A stretch of DNA of 64,000 nt from NCBI GenBank assembly GCA_029558715.1, contig JAKQEA010000038.1, positions 8,555 to 72,554 of the forward strand, given 5' to 3'. Position numbers and translations under genes: made by a program. This DNA is from Bacteroidota bacterium (lineage in GTDB: Bacteria; Bacteroidota; Bacteroidia; Chitinophagales; Chitinophagaceae). Shown here in pieces: positions 9,196 through 18,655 of this stretch (the first letter of the stretch is position 1; the number at the start of each line of letters is the position of its first letter). The notes beneath the pieces are model-generated. The model searched no databases. It was not told the origin of the DNA and saw nothing but the letters and a program-made list of their open reading frames with translations.

Positions 9196-10575
9196 GTGAA
9201 AGAAACAGCTGCCGACTTTATTGCCAAAAGTACCATCAAGGCTGCCGATAAAGATCATCGCCGGAAGATCAATTTTAATATTGGTAAATATAATGCTGTA
9301 GTGCCGCAGGGAAAACAACAATTTACCGATGTGCACCTGGCAAGGGAAAGAGCCAAGAATATAAAATGGAAAGCCATTGAAACGCTGGATAAACAACTGG
9401 AAAATTTTGAGGCAGCTATATCAAAAAGAGGTGCAAAGGTTATTTGGGCGGAAGATGCAGGTCAGGCTCTTGATGCTATAAAGAGGATATGTGACGAAAA
9501 AGGCTGTAAAATTCTGGTGAAAAGCAAGAGCATGGTAACAGAAGAAATTCACTTGAATGATTTTTTGGAAAAGAACGGCATTGAAAGTGTGGAAACGGAC
9601 CTGGGTGAATACATTCAGCAACTGGATGGAGAACCACCTTATCACATCGTAACTCCTGCTATGCATAAAAGTAAAGAAGATGTGGCTAAACTCTTTGCAG
9701 AAAAACTGGGTACTGATCCAAAAGCCACACCAGAGCAGCTGACACTCACCGCCAGGAAAGTACTTAGGGAGAAATATGTGCAGGCAGAGGTAGGGGTGAC
9801 AGGAGCTAATTTTATCGTTGCGGATATTGGGGGAATAGCGGTAACAGAAAATGAAGGAAACGCCAGGCTTAGCTGTGCATTCCCTAAAACGCATATAGTT
9901 GTGGCAGGTATTGAAAAAGTAATTCCCTCTATTACTGATCTGGCATTGTTCTGGCCACTTTTATCAACTTTTGGCACAGGACAAAAAATTACGGTTTATA
10001 ATACAATTGTTACCGGTCCACGGCAAATAAATGAAACAGACGGGCCTGAAGATATGTATGTGATATTGCTGGATAATGGCCGTACTAATATTCTCGCAAA
10101 TGAGAAACAAAGGGAAAGTTTATACTGCATCCGTTGCGGCGCCTGCTTAAATGCATGCCCTGTTTATAAAAATATAGGGGGACATACCTATGCAGCCACC
10201 TATAGTGGTCCGATAGGATCTGTAATAACTCCGCATCTGAAAGAAATGGGTGAATGGAAACACCTTAGCTATGCTTCTTCTTTATGCGGAAACTGTACAG
10301 AAGTGTGTGCTGTAAAGATCAACCTGCATGAATTATTATTGGAAAACAGGCATGAGGCGGTGAATGAGGGCCATAGTTCGTTTGGTGAAAAGATAGCCTG
10401 GAAAATGTGGAGACAAGGGATGCTTCGACGGAGATGGATGAACATGGCCAGCGGAAGCATTAAAAACTGGGTGGTTAATAGCCTGTTAAAAGGATGGAAA
10501 CGGCACCGGGGGGAAATGGAGTTTCCTAAAAAATCGTTTAATGAATTGTGGAGAGAGAAACATGGTAAAAACTAA
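9196..10575 (+). CDS. lutB: LutB/LldF-type iron-sulfur protein (LUD domain + 4Fe-4S)
   Basis: 459 aa. Ferredoxin-type motifs CIRCGACLNACPVYKNIGGH and CGNCTEVCAVKINL. GTG start. Confidence 0.85.
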   Translation: MKETAADFIAKSTIKAADKDHRRKINFNIGKYNAVVPQGKQQFTDVHLARERAKNIKWKAIETLDKQLENFEAAISKRGAKVIWAEDAGQALDAIKRICDEKGCKILVKSKSMVTEEIHLNDFLEKNGIESVETDLGEYIQQLDGEPPYHIVTPAMHKSKEDVAKLFAEKLGTDPKATPEQLTLTARKVLREKYVQAEVGVTGANFIVADIGGIAVTENEGNARLSCAFPKTHIVVAGIEKVIPSITDLALFWPLLSTFGTGQKITVYNTIVTGPRQINETDGPEDMYVILLDNGRTNILANEKQRESLYCIRCGACLNACPVYKNIGGHTYAATYSGPIGSVITPHLKEMGEWKHLSYASSLCGNCTEVCAVKINLHELLLENRHEAVNEGHSSFGEKIAWKMWRQGMLRRRWMNMASGSIKNWVVNSLLKGWKRHRGEMEFPKKSFNELWREKHGKN

Positions 10576-10613
10576 ATCTTCCCCGCCACAGGTTACTCTA
10601 TATCGGGGAAGAT
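10576..10613. terminator. Bidirectional hairpin between convergent lutB and the thioredoxin-TPR gene
   Basis: ATCTTCCCCG (10576-10585) pairs with CGGGGAAGAT (10604-10613), a 10-bp perfect stem. Confidence 0.55.
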
Positions 10614-10625
10614 TCGGTATTGCAG

Positions 10626-11513
10626 TTACAGTTTTTCTTTCTGTTTTGTTTTGTATAGTATCTCCAGGATGCCTTTGATATCATCCGGTTTTTTATTTAT
10701 TTCCAAAGCTTTTTCAAGAAAAGAAATAGCTTTTTTAAAGTCATTAGTTTCATAATATCCTTCGCCAAGACTTGAGATAACATTAGCAGATTCCGGATAC
10801 AGGAAATAATTTATTTGAAATACCCGCAATGCTTCTTTCTTTTTGTCATGATTCAGCAGCAGATAACCCAGGCTGTTTAAATCATGTTCACTCTTAACCA
10901 GTAATCTCAATTGCTGGGCCAATCCGGCAGTACTGATATTGTCATCCAGAAGTATATCTTCAGTTAACCATTGCTTTACAAGCGCAAAAGAATGGTAATT
11001 GGGACTATATTGCCCGTTGCTGATAATAGTCAGCAGATCTTTTTCTAATGAGAAAATTGGAAATTCATTGATGCGGTTTATCTCAATTCCATTTCTGTAA
11101 ATAATGAATGTGGGCACCCTGAAAATTCCTTTACCGGCTTCCTCATGCCGGGGGCTCTGTTTGTAAAGCGAATCACCGTTACCAAGCCCTATCAGTGTTA
11201 CTTTCTTTTCAGGAAATGAAATGTTATGCAGGAGTTTGAGAAATCGGGGTACTTCTCTTTTGCTGTCTCCGCACCAGGTACCAAAAAATATTTCAATGCT
11301 TATTTTATCAATACTTTGTTTTTTGAGTTGTTCTGTTATTGCAGTATTGGGAGTGTAATCATTATAGCCACTGATAAACCATTTTCCGAATGGATCTGCT
11401 GACAGGTTATCTTTAGAACAGATACCATATATGATGTTTGGTCCCTCTGTAGTTGTTTGAGCCATTGTTATGGCTGGGAAAAGCAGGCAAAAAGATATAA
11501 ATAATTTATTCAT
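10626..11513 (-). CDS. Secreted thioredoxin-fold protein with a C-terminal TPR region
   Basis: Signal peptide, Trx-like motif FFGTWCGDSKREVP, and C-terminal TPR-like repeats (ESANVISSLGEGYYETNDFKKAISFLEKALEIN). Confidence 0.7.
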   Translation of the reverse strand: MNKLFISFCLLFPAITMAQTTTEGPNIIYGICSKDNLSADPFGKWFISGYNDYTPNTAITEQLKKQSIDKISIEIFFGTWCGDSKREVPRFLKLLHNISFPEKKVTLIGLGNGDSLYKQSPRHEEAGKGIFRVPTFIIYRNGIEINRINEFPIFSLEKDLLTIISNGQYSPNYHSFALVKQWLTEDILLDDNISTAGLAQQLRLLVKSEHDLNSLGYLLLNHDKKKEALRVFQINYFLYPESANVISSLGEGYYETNDFKKAISFLEKALEINKKPDDIKGILEILYKTKQKEKL

Positions 11514-11632
11514 AAAATAAATTGAAGAGGTTATTAATAAAAAATATATAGAAATAACTACCTGACCTTTACCTGTTCGGCAAATGCAGGTACTCTACGC
11601 CAGTTGGCATGCATTAGTAATTGAATGGGACA

Positions 11633-11971
11633 CTAAACACAAGGAGGACGGAACAATTCAACGGTAATTCCTTCACATAGATCATCAGGAGAGAATTGAT
11701 ACTTTTTACCAGGTAGAAACGAACAGCTAAAATGCGGTATATTTTCTTTTACATGCTGAAATAATTCTTCAAGATGAATATGAGTATGATTCTTTGAGAG
11801 AGGATCATTATTTGAACCGGATTTATCAAAACCCGCCTTTTTTTCACAATCGCATTGCTGCGCTGGAGATTTATACTTGTTTGCTATGGTGCATTCCAGG
11901 TATATCGCCTGTTTTGCATGCTGGAACAGAACAAATACGCCAAGTAATAGTATGGAGAAATGTTTTCTCAC
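11633..11971 (-). CDS. Small secreted Cys/His-rich protein of unknown function
   Basis: 112 aa. It has a signal peptide (FSILLLGVFVLFQHA), then the motifs CDCEKK, HTHIHLEE, a CSF motif, and a C-terminal RPPCV. Confidence 0.45.
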   Translation of the reverse strand: MRKHFSILLLGVFVLFQHAKQAIYLECTIANKYKSPAQQCDCEKKAGFDKSGSNNDPLSKNHTHIHLEELFQHVKENIPHFSCSFLPGKKYQFSPDDLCEGITVELFRPPCV

Positions 11972-12100
11972 TGAATGGTAATGGTTTCATGGGTTTCCTG
12001 ACCCAATTTAGAGGACGGGATTGAAAATAAAAGGATGCATCCGGAAAAAAAATCCAATTGAAGCCGGATAAGTATATTCGTTTGTCAGACGAGAGCAGGT

Positions 12101-13411
12101 ATGCTTTTATATTGTAAGACAATAACGCCAAGGCTGCAGTACATCTGCGATTTTGTCGGGAATATCCTGACTGGTAAGGGTATTTCTATCACAACAGACA
12201 AGAATTTATATGAAAATGAAACAGGGGCAAGAATAAATTATAGCGATACACTAATTAAACCGGGTGAATTTTGGTTAAAGCCTCATTCTCTATTGTTTGA
12301 GAAAGATATTCATTCACAGGTAATTGATTGTTTTGATGTGCCAGCATACAAAGGTTTTTTTAGAACCAATGGAGATTTTCCGTTTGATTTTCTGGCAGCA
12401 TCTTTCTACCTGCTTAGCCGGTATGAGGAGTATATGCCCCATCAAAAAGATATGTATGGCCGTTATGGTCATGAAAACTCATTGGCATTTAGGGAGGGCT
12501 TCTTGAATAGGCCTTTAATAAATATCTGGATGCAGGATTTCAGGCAAAAAATAAAAGAGAAGTTCCCCTCACTCACTTTTTCTCACTCACATTTTACTTT
12601 CTACCCTACTTACGATATAGATGAGGCGTACTCTTATAAACATAAAAACTGGAAGAGAAGTGCCGGAGCAATGCTGAAAGATTTGTTGAAGGGAGAGTTG
12701 AAAAAACTTGAGTTAAGGAGGAAAGTAATAAAGGGCAAGGCCCAGGATCCGTTTGATTCTTATGAATGGATAGATAGCCTGCATGATGAGTTACGGCTAA
12801 AACCAGGATATTTTTTTCTGGTGGCAAAAAGAACCAGTAGATATGATAGAAATATTTCACCAGATAGTGCTGCACTGAAAGCACTTATAAGTAGACATGC
12901 TGCCAGGTACGAGATTGGAGTACACCCGTCCTGGCGAAGTGGAGATAATTTCTCATTGATAAAAAAGGAGAAGGAAATTATTGAGCAGGCATCAGGGCAT
13001 TTAATCATTTGCTCCCGTCAGCATTTCATCCGTTTTACGTTACCACAGACCTATCGTTATTTAATAGATGCCGGGATCACTGAAGATTTCTCCATGGGGT
13101 ATGGAAGTATAAACGGCTTCAGGGCATCGGTAGCCTCTCCTTTTTATTGGTACGATCTTGAGAAGGAAGAAACAACCAGCCTGCTGGTATACCCGTTCTG
13201 CTATATGGAGGCCAATTCATTTTACGAGCAAAAATATTCCCCGCAGCAGGCACTGCAAGAGATGAGGCACTATTACAATGAAGTAAAGAATGTAAACGGC
13301 ACACTAATTACTGTATGGCATAATACATTTTTAGGCACTGATGAACGATTTGCAGGATGGAGAGATGTGTATTCAACATTCATTAAAGAAGTAGCAGGAA
13401 AGCAGTATTAG
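12101..13411 (+). CDS. Polysaccharide deacetylase-like protein (tentative)
   Basis: 436 aa. The central and C-terminal region (TYDIDEAY..., GVHPSW..., SRQHFIRF) resembles NodB-type deacetylase motifs from memory. Confidence 0.5.
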   Translation: MLLYCKTITPRLQYICDFVGNILTGKGISITTDKNLYENETGARINYSDTLIKPGEFWLKPHSLLFEKDIHSQVIDCFDVPAYKGFFRTNGDFPFDFLAASFYLLSRYEEYMPHQKDMYGRYGHENSLAFREGFLNRPLINIWMQDFRQKIKEKFPSLTFSHSHFTFYPTYDIDEAYSYKHKNWKRSAGAMLKDLLKGELKKLELRRKVIKGKAQDPFDSYEWIDSLHDELRLKPGYFFLVAKRTSRYDRNISPDSAALKALISRHAARYEIGVHPSWRSGDNFSLIKKEKEIIEQASGHLIICSRQHFIRFTLPQTYRYLIDAGITEDFSMGYGSINGFRASVASPFYWYDLEKEETTSLLVYPFCYMEANSFYEQKYSPQQALQEMRHYYNEVKNVNGTLITVWHNTFLGTDERFAGWRDVYSTFIKEVAGKQY

Positions 13412-14421
13412 ATACCTTCAGTTTCCGGCTGCTCGGGAGGAGGCACTGCTGCTTTAAATGCTTTGTTTACCAGGTACACTCCCAGTAAGGTAACAAGACC
13501 ACCAACTGTGATATAAATAGTAATCTTTTCGCTAAATATTAACCAACCGCAAAGAACGGCTACAATCGGGTTGATATAAGCATAAATTGAAGCTTGCTCA
13601 GTAGGCAGATTTTGTAAAGCATACAGGTAGCAGATAAATGCGATCAGTGAACCAAAAATAATAAGGTATGCAATGGCAGCCCATGATTGCCAGGGAATAG
13701 CGGAAACGGGAACTGCATTCCCGGTAATATTCGTAAATATGAAAAGGCTCAAGCCTGCTATCACCATCTGGAGTCCCAAACTGAAATAAGGATTAAAGCT
13801 GGCTGCCTGTTTTTTAGTATAAAGAGTAGCAAATGCCCATGTCCAGGTGGCAATCAATGATAGAATAATACCGAATCGAAAGTCAGCATTCAAAAAATCA
13901 TGCAGGTGGTCGTAGAAAATGATACAAACACCGGCAAAGCCAAGCAACAAACCAACAATAGCTTTTAAGGGAATTTTTTCTTTAGAAACAAAGAGACCAA
14001 TTACGACCAGCCACAAAGGAAATATGGCCCCCATAATTGATCCAAGGCCGGCAGAGATATATTTTACACCCCATGTACTAAGTCCATTACTCATAATGAA
14101 GTTCAGAAAACTTAATACTAATACCGGTATCCATTCTTTCCCTTTGGGTAAACTGGCACCTTTGATAATAAAGAATGCAACATATATGATACCGGCAAGA
14201 AGCTGTCGAATACCTGCCAGCTGTAGTGCAGGCATGTGACGGACTCCTTCTTTCGAGGCAATCCAGGTGGTACCCCATAGTACACAAACCAATGCTAAGG
14301 CAAAAAGCGCTTTTGCTCTTGTACCTTTTTTATGAATGGTAAGCGGATTGAATACCGCCAGTTTCTTTAATGAATCAGCGGATGATTGAACTATTGTTTT
14401 ATGAAAGTCGAAAAAATTCAT
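13408..14421 (-). CDS. EamA/DMT family transporter
   Basis: 337 aa with 10 predicted TM helices in two EamA-like halves. Its start overlaps the purH stop by 1 nt (TAATG). Confidence 0.85.
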   Translation of the reverse strand: MNFFDFHKTIVQSSADSLKKLAVFNPLTIHKKGTRAKALFALALVCVLWGTTWIASKEGVRHMPALQLAGIRQLLAGIIYVAFFIIKGASLPKGKEWIPVLVLSFLNFIMSNGLSTWGVKYISAGLGSIMGAIFPLWLVVIGLFVSKEKIPLKAIVGLLLGFAGVCIIFYDHLHDFLNADFRFGIILSLIATWTWAFATLYTKKQAASFNPYFSLGLQMVIAGLSLFIFTNITGNAVPVSAIPWQSWAAIAYLIIFGSLIAFICYLYALQNLPTEQASIYAYINPIVAVLCGWLIFSEKITIYITVGGLVTLLGVYLVNKAFKAAVPPPEQPETEGI

Positions 14422-15932
14422 TAATGTTTAAAATGCCGCATACCTGTTATTACCATTGCCAGGTTATTTTTTTTACAATATTCAATAGAGTCATTATCTC
14501 TTATAGAACCACCCGGTTGAATAAAAGCAGTAATACCTGCTTCATGTCCCAGTTGCACACAATCATTAAAAGGGAAAAAAGCATCACTTGCCATGACCGC
14601 AGCTGCCAGATCAAATTTGAATTGTTTTGCTTTTTCTACAGCCTGTCTCAAAGAATCGATCCGGCTTGTTTGACCGCAGCCTTTTCCTATGAGCTGCTTG
14701 TTTTTTACCAGTGCGATAGCATTTGATTTCAGGTGTTTGCAGATAAGATTAGCAAAGCCAAGATCCGTTTTTTCGGTATCGGTTGTTTCCCTGCCACCTG
14801 TTTCTTTCCATTCGGTATAATTCCCTTCATCTATACCTTGTATCAACACACCGTTTAGCAAAGATTTGTATTGCTCCCTGGCAGCTGGCTGAGATTTCAG
14901 CTGCAGCAGTATCCGGTTCTTTTTTGACTTCAAAACGGCCAATGCATCTGTTTCAAATGCCGGAGCAATAAGTACTTCAAAGAATATTTCATTAATCGCA
15001 TCTGCCGTTGCTTTATTAATAGTGTCATTACATACCAGCACTCCGCCAAAAGCACTTTCCGGGTCGCCTGCCAGCGCAGCATCCCAGCTTTCTTTTACTG
15101 AGGAGCGTTGTGCCGCACCGCATACATTTGTATGTTTAATAATTGCGAATGTAGTTTCGCTGAATTCTTTAATCAGCTGTATAGCTGCATCCACATCTAC
15201 CAGGTTATTGTAGGAAAGTTCTTTTCCATTCAATTGATCAAATAGCTTATTAAGGCCACCATAAAAAATTCCGGATTGATGCGGGTTTTCTCCATACCTC
15301 ATTGCTTTTGGATAAGGAATAGACTCCAGAAAGTAAAAAGATGCTGACGGATTGAAATATTTGGCAATCGCCACATCATAATGAGCTACTACTTCGAACG
15401 CTTTAGCCGCAAATGTTTTTCTTTGTTCAAGGGTAGTCTCTCCTTTTTGTTCTTTCAATAGGTTTTCGAGGACTGCATAATCTTTTTTGGCAGCGATCAC
15501 CACTACATCTTTAAAATTCTTGGCGGCACCCCTGATCATTGATGGTCCGCCGATATCAATTTTCTCGATAATGGCTTTTTCGTCGGTTGTACCTGCCACA
15601 GTTTCTTCAAAGGGATACAAGTCTACGATTACTAAATCTATCTCCGGAATCTTATATTGCTTCATTTCCTCAACATGGGTAGCATCATCCCGTTTTCCCA
15701 GTATACCACCAAAAACAGAAGGGTGTAGTGTTTTCACTCTTCCTCCAAGGATGGATGGATAAGTAGTCAGTTCCTCTACCGGGATCACTTTGATACCCAG
15801 TTTTTCAATAAATGTTTGTGTGCCACCGGTAGAGTAGATAGTAACACCCAAGTCAGATAATTCCTGTACAATTTTTTCGAGTCCGTCTTTATAAAAAACA
15901 GAAATCAGGGCCGATTGAATCTTCTTGTTCAT
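14421..15932 (-). CDS. purH: Bifunctional AICAR transformylase / IMP cyclohydrolase
   Basis: MGS-like N-terminus (SALISVFYKDGL...STGGT) and an AICARFT C-terminus ending ...ITGMRHFKH. I place the start at ATG 15932 (MNKKIQSAL) rather than the track start at 16007. Confidence 0.93.
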   Translation of the reverse strand: MNKKIQSALISVFYKDGLEKIVQELSDLGVTIYSTGGTQTFIEKLGIKVIPVEELTTYPSILGGRVKTLHPSVFGGILGKRDDATHVEEMKQYKIPEIDLVIVDLYPFEETVAGTTDEKAIIEKIDIGGPSMIRGAAKNFKDVVVIAAKKDYAVLENLLKEQKGETTLEQRKTFAAKAFEVVAHYDVAIAKYFNPSASFYFLESIPYPKAMRYGENPHQSGIFYGGLNKLFDQLNGKELSYNNLVDVDAAIQLIKEFSETTFAIIKHTNVCGAAQRSSVKESWDAALAGDPESAFGGVLVCNDTINKATADAINEIFFEVLIAPAFETDALAVLKSKKNRILLQLKSQPAAREQYKSLLNGVLIQGIDEGNYTEWKETGGRETTDTEKTDLGFANLICKHLKSNAIALVKNKQLIGKGCGQTSRIDSLRQAVEKAKQFKFDLAAAVMASDAFFPFNDCVQLGHEAGITAFIQPGGSIRDNDSIEYCKKNNLAMVITGMRHFKH

Positions 15933-16014
15933 AATATTTAAGGAGTTGAGAGGCAGGCAAATCGCAAGGGCCATGCTTTCACTAAAGTTCCGGCAGGCAG
16001 GCCGCAAAACTAAC

Positions 16015-18108
16015 TTAATTCACCTTCATGACAAAAGCCCCTTTTGTGGTAACATCATGCCAGGGAATATGCAGAGAGTCGCAATCTTTTTTCCAGTAGT
16101 TTGTTTTCCAGACGGGTACGGATGCGTCAAATACCACTTGTTTTATTTCAAGTGAACTGGCCAGTTTTTTCATATATAATTTAGGATTCCCGGAAAGGAT
16201 AAGCAAGTCGACAACAGGCTTATCAGCATCAGGTAAAAATGAAACAGCTTCCTCAAGCAATAAAACCTTTTTCCCTTTAAAAGAAACATAGTTTTCAGTT
16301 AATAGCAGGTCGCTCAGTGACTCAGTATATTTTATCCGGTGAAGAATACGGGAAGGCTTCAGGTGAAAATTACGGGTAAACCCATCCATTAGCAAATCGC
16401 TGTCGCCAACAAACCGATAGTTTCTTCCGTCAATAAAGTCAATAGCTCTTTTCTGGGGTACATTATATACAATGATCTTTTGTTGTTTCTCTGCTTTAAT
16501 GAATGAAATACTTCTTTCAGCAAAAAAGAGAAATAAACCTGCCATTCCAATTTTTAACCCATCCTTAGATTTCTCCATTAGCCAGTAGCTTATTCCTGCA
16601 GCGAAAACTAAAAGAAAAATAACCTGTATAAGGCTGATTTGCAGACCATCCCAAAGAGAAAATGGGATCATTTCAATTCTTTCGACATACGTATTCATAA
16701 GCCAGATCAACCAGGAAATTATCTTTCCGGTGAACAAGGCAATTGAAGGAATAAAAGAGACAGCGCAAAGCAATATTTCACCGATCAGAATCATACTGGA
16801 TAAAGGGACGGCGAGGAAATTTGTTAAAATAAAAGAGGAGGGAAACTGGTGAAAATGGTAAATACCTAATGGAATGGTGAGTACTTGTGCAGCCATAGTA
16901 ACTGCATTCAACTTCCAGATAAAATCGAGAATTTTATTTTTAATGTAAAACCAGTTGTAGATTGGACGCATAAAAATAATTATACTCAGTACGGCTGCAT
17001 AGGACAATTGAAATCCTACATCCCACAACCAGTATGGATTATAGCACAATAAAATAAAGGCAGAAACAGCCATTGTATTGTAAACAGATGATTTCCTGGA
17101 AAAGGATTCTCCCAATACAATACAACTGAACATTAGAGCCGACCGGAGCACAGATGGCTGAGCTCCTGCTAAAAGACTAAAGCCCCATAAACCAGTGATG
17201 ATAAGAACAGGTGAGAGCCATTTTGTTTTTTTATTCCTACGAAGTGGTTTGAGTAGCTGGACAAGCAGCCAATAGATCAATCCCAGGTGCAGGCCTGAAA
17301 TGGCGATAATATGAACTACTCCGGTATTAGTATATGATTGAACAAGAGACTGGTCAAGATCATTCTTATAACCAATCAACAGCGCCTCTGCCAATCCCAG
17401 TTCTTTTTCACCCTGAATATTTTTTCGCAGAATGGTCAATACTTTTTCCCGTGAAGAATAAATCAGTTTTTTCAGCCATTTTTGATTCTGGTCCTGTAGT
17501 ATTTCAAAGTCACCGGGTTTTAAATAGACCTGGTGGGTGATACCCTGGAAAAGGGAGTATCGCTTGTAGTCAAACCCTCCCGGATTACCTGAGTTCCTTA
17601 TTTCCTGGAGGGTTTTTTTGAGAAGTATTTGTGAGCCATACCGGAGGTTATGTGGCAGGGAATCTTTTTTGAAATAAATAATTATTTTGCCTGTAATGGA
17701 AACAGATTTTTTGCCTTCCAGCAGGTTAGTAACGGTTGCATTGGCTTTAAATGATTTTGTTTTTTCAACCAGGGGTTCGTCCAGTGTTGCAATCAGAACT
17801 TGTGATTCGTTGTAATAATGACCAAACCATTTGCTGTTATTAGTAATATCATTTTTCCACGCTAATAGCATACCAACTGAAAGGAAAATTCCAGAAACTA
17901 TAATTCCGCTAAAGGCTGAATAGCGAAACCTGTTCAGTAATGGTATAAAGAAGAAACTGCAAAGGAAAAGAACAGCGATAGCCATAATCCACCATCCAGA
18001 AATAGCGGGTAATTGAAAATTCCACTGAATAATTATGCCGGCGATCAGCGGGATTAAAATCTTTAGAAAAGGTATCTTCTTCCAAAACTGGTACCCATAC
18101 AAAGCCAT
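16015..18108 (-). CDS. comEC: ComEC/Rec2 family DNA internalization channel protein
   Basis: 697 aa. It has a DUF4131-like N-terminus and a polytopic competence domain (TGVVHIIAISGLHLGLIYWLL). Confidence 0.85.
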   Translation of the reverse strand: MALYGYQFWKKIPFLKILIPLIAGIIIQWNFQLPAISGWWIMAIAVLFLCSFFFIPLLNRFRYSAFSGIIVSGIFLSVGMLLAWKNDITNNSKWFGHYYNESQVLIATLDEPLVEKTKSFKANATVTNLLEGKKSVSITGKIIIYFKKDSLPHNLRYGSQILLKKTLQEIRNSGNPGGFDYKRYSLFQGITHQVYLKPGDFEILQDQNQKWLKKLIYSSREKVLTILRKNIQGEKELGLAEALLIGYKNDLDQSLVQSYTNTGVVHIIAISGLHLGLIYWLLVQLLKPLRRNKKTKWLSPVLIITGLWGFSLLAGAQPSVLRSALMFSCIVLGESFSRKSSVYNTMAVSAFILLCYNPYWLWDVGFQLSYAAVLSIIIFMRPIYNWFYIKNKILDFIWKLNAVTMAAQVLTIPLGIYHFHQFPSSFILTNFLAVPLSSMILIGEILLCAVSFIPSIALFTGKIISWLIWLMNTYVERIEMIPFSLWDGLQISLIQVIFLLVFAAGISYWLMEKSKDGLKIGMAGLFLFFAERSISFIKAEKQQKIIVYNVPQKRAIDFIDGRNYRFVGDSDLLMDGFTRNFHLKPSRILHRIKYTESLSDLLLTENYVSFKGKKVLLLEEAVSFLPDADKPVVDLLILSGNPKLYMKKLASSLEIKQVVFDASVPVWKTNYWKKDCDSLHIPWHDVTTKGAFVMKVN

Positions 18109-18160
18109 ATGGAAAAGTAATGTACCTGGCAGTTATAGGCAATACTACTTTCCGGGTATA

Positions 18161-18646
18161 TCAGGCCTGCATTTTGTTCAGGTAGGCGATTTGTCCAATG
18201 TGATAAATATTGTGCTCTATCATTCCATGAAGAAGAAAGCGATAACTATACTTCCGGAAATCAACTATCTCCTTCAGGAAGGTATCATCCTTTTTTTTCA
18301 GCGCTATTACTATTTTTTTCTGAATAGAGCGGAACTCGGCCAAGCCTTTTTCCCAGGCATGTACTTTAGGATTGATCAGTCGCCAGTCCATCTTTTCAAA
18401 AGCCGCCAGGTCCATGTCAGGATCTTTCTCAATTCGCTTAAGGGTGAAATCAGCCCAGGTGATCATATGATAGAGCAATTCTATCATCGAATGATCTGTA
18501 TCATTTGGTCGATGGTAAACCTTTTTTGTGTTTACTTCTTCCAAAATGCTGAACACCGGTTTGCCAAACCAGGGTTGACCACTGTTTACCTCTTCAATTT
18601 TTTGAATGATTGACTGAATCTCTTTTTTCATATCAGAAAGATACAA
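18161..18646 (-). CDS. DinB family protein
   Basis: 161-aa four-helix-bundle pattern with conserved His residues (LLYHMITW..., IEHNIYHIGQI). Confidence 0.8.
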   Translation of the reverse strand: MYLSDMKKEIQSIIQKIEEVNSGQPWFGKPVFSILEEVNTKKVYHRPNDTDHSMIELLYHMITWADFTLKRIEKDPDMDLAAFEKMDWRLINPKVHAWEKGLAEFRSIQKKIVIALKKKDDTFLKEIVDFRKYSYRFLLHGMIEHNIYHIGQIAYLNKMQA

Positions 18647-18655
18647 AGGGTGGAA

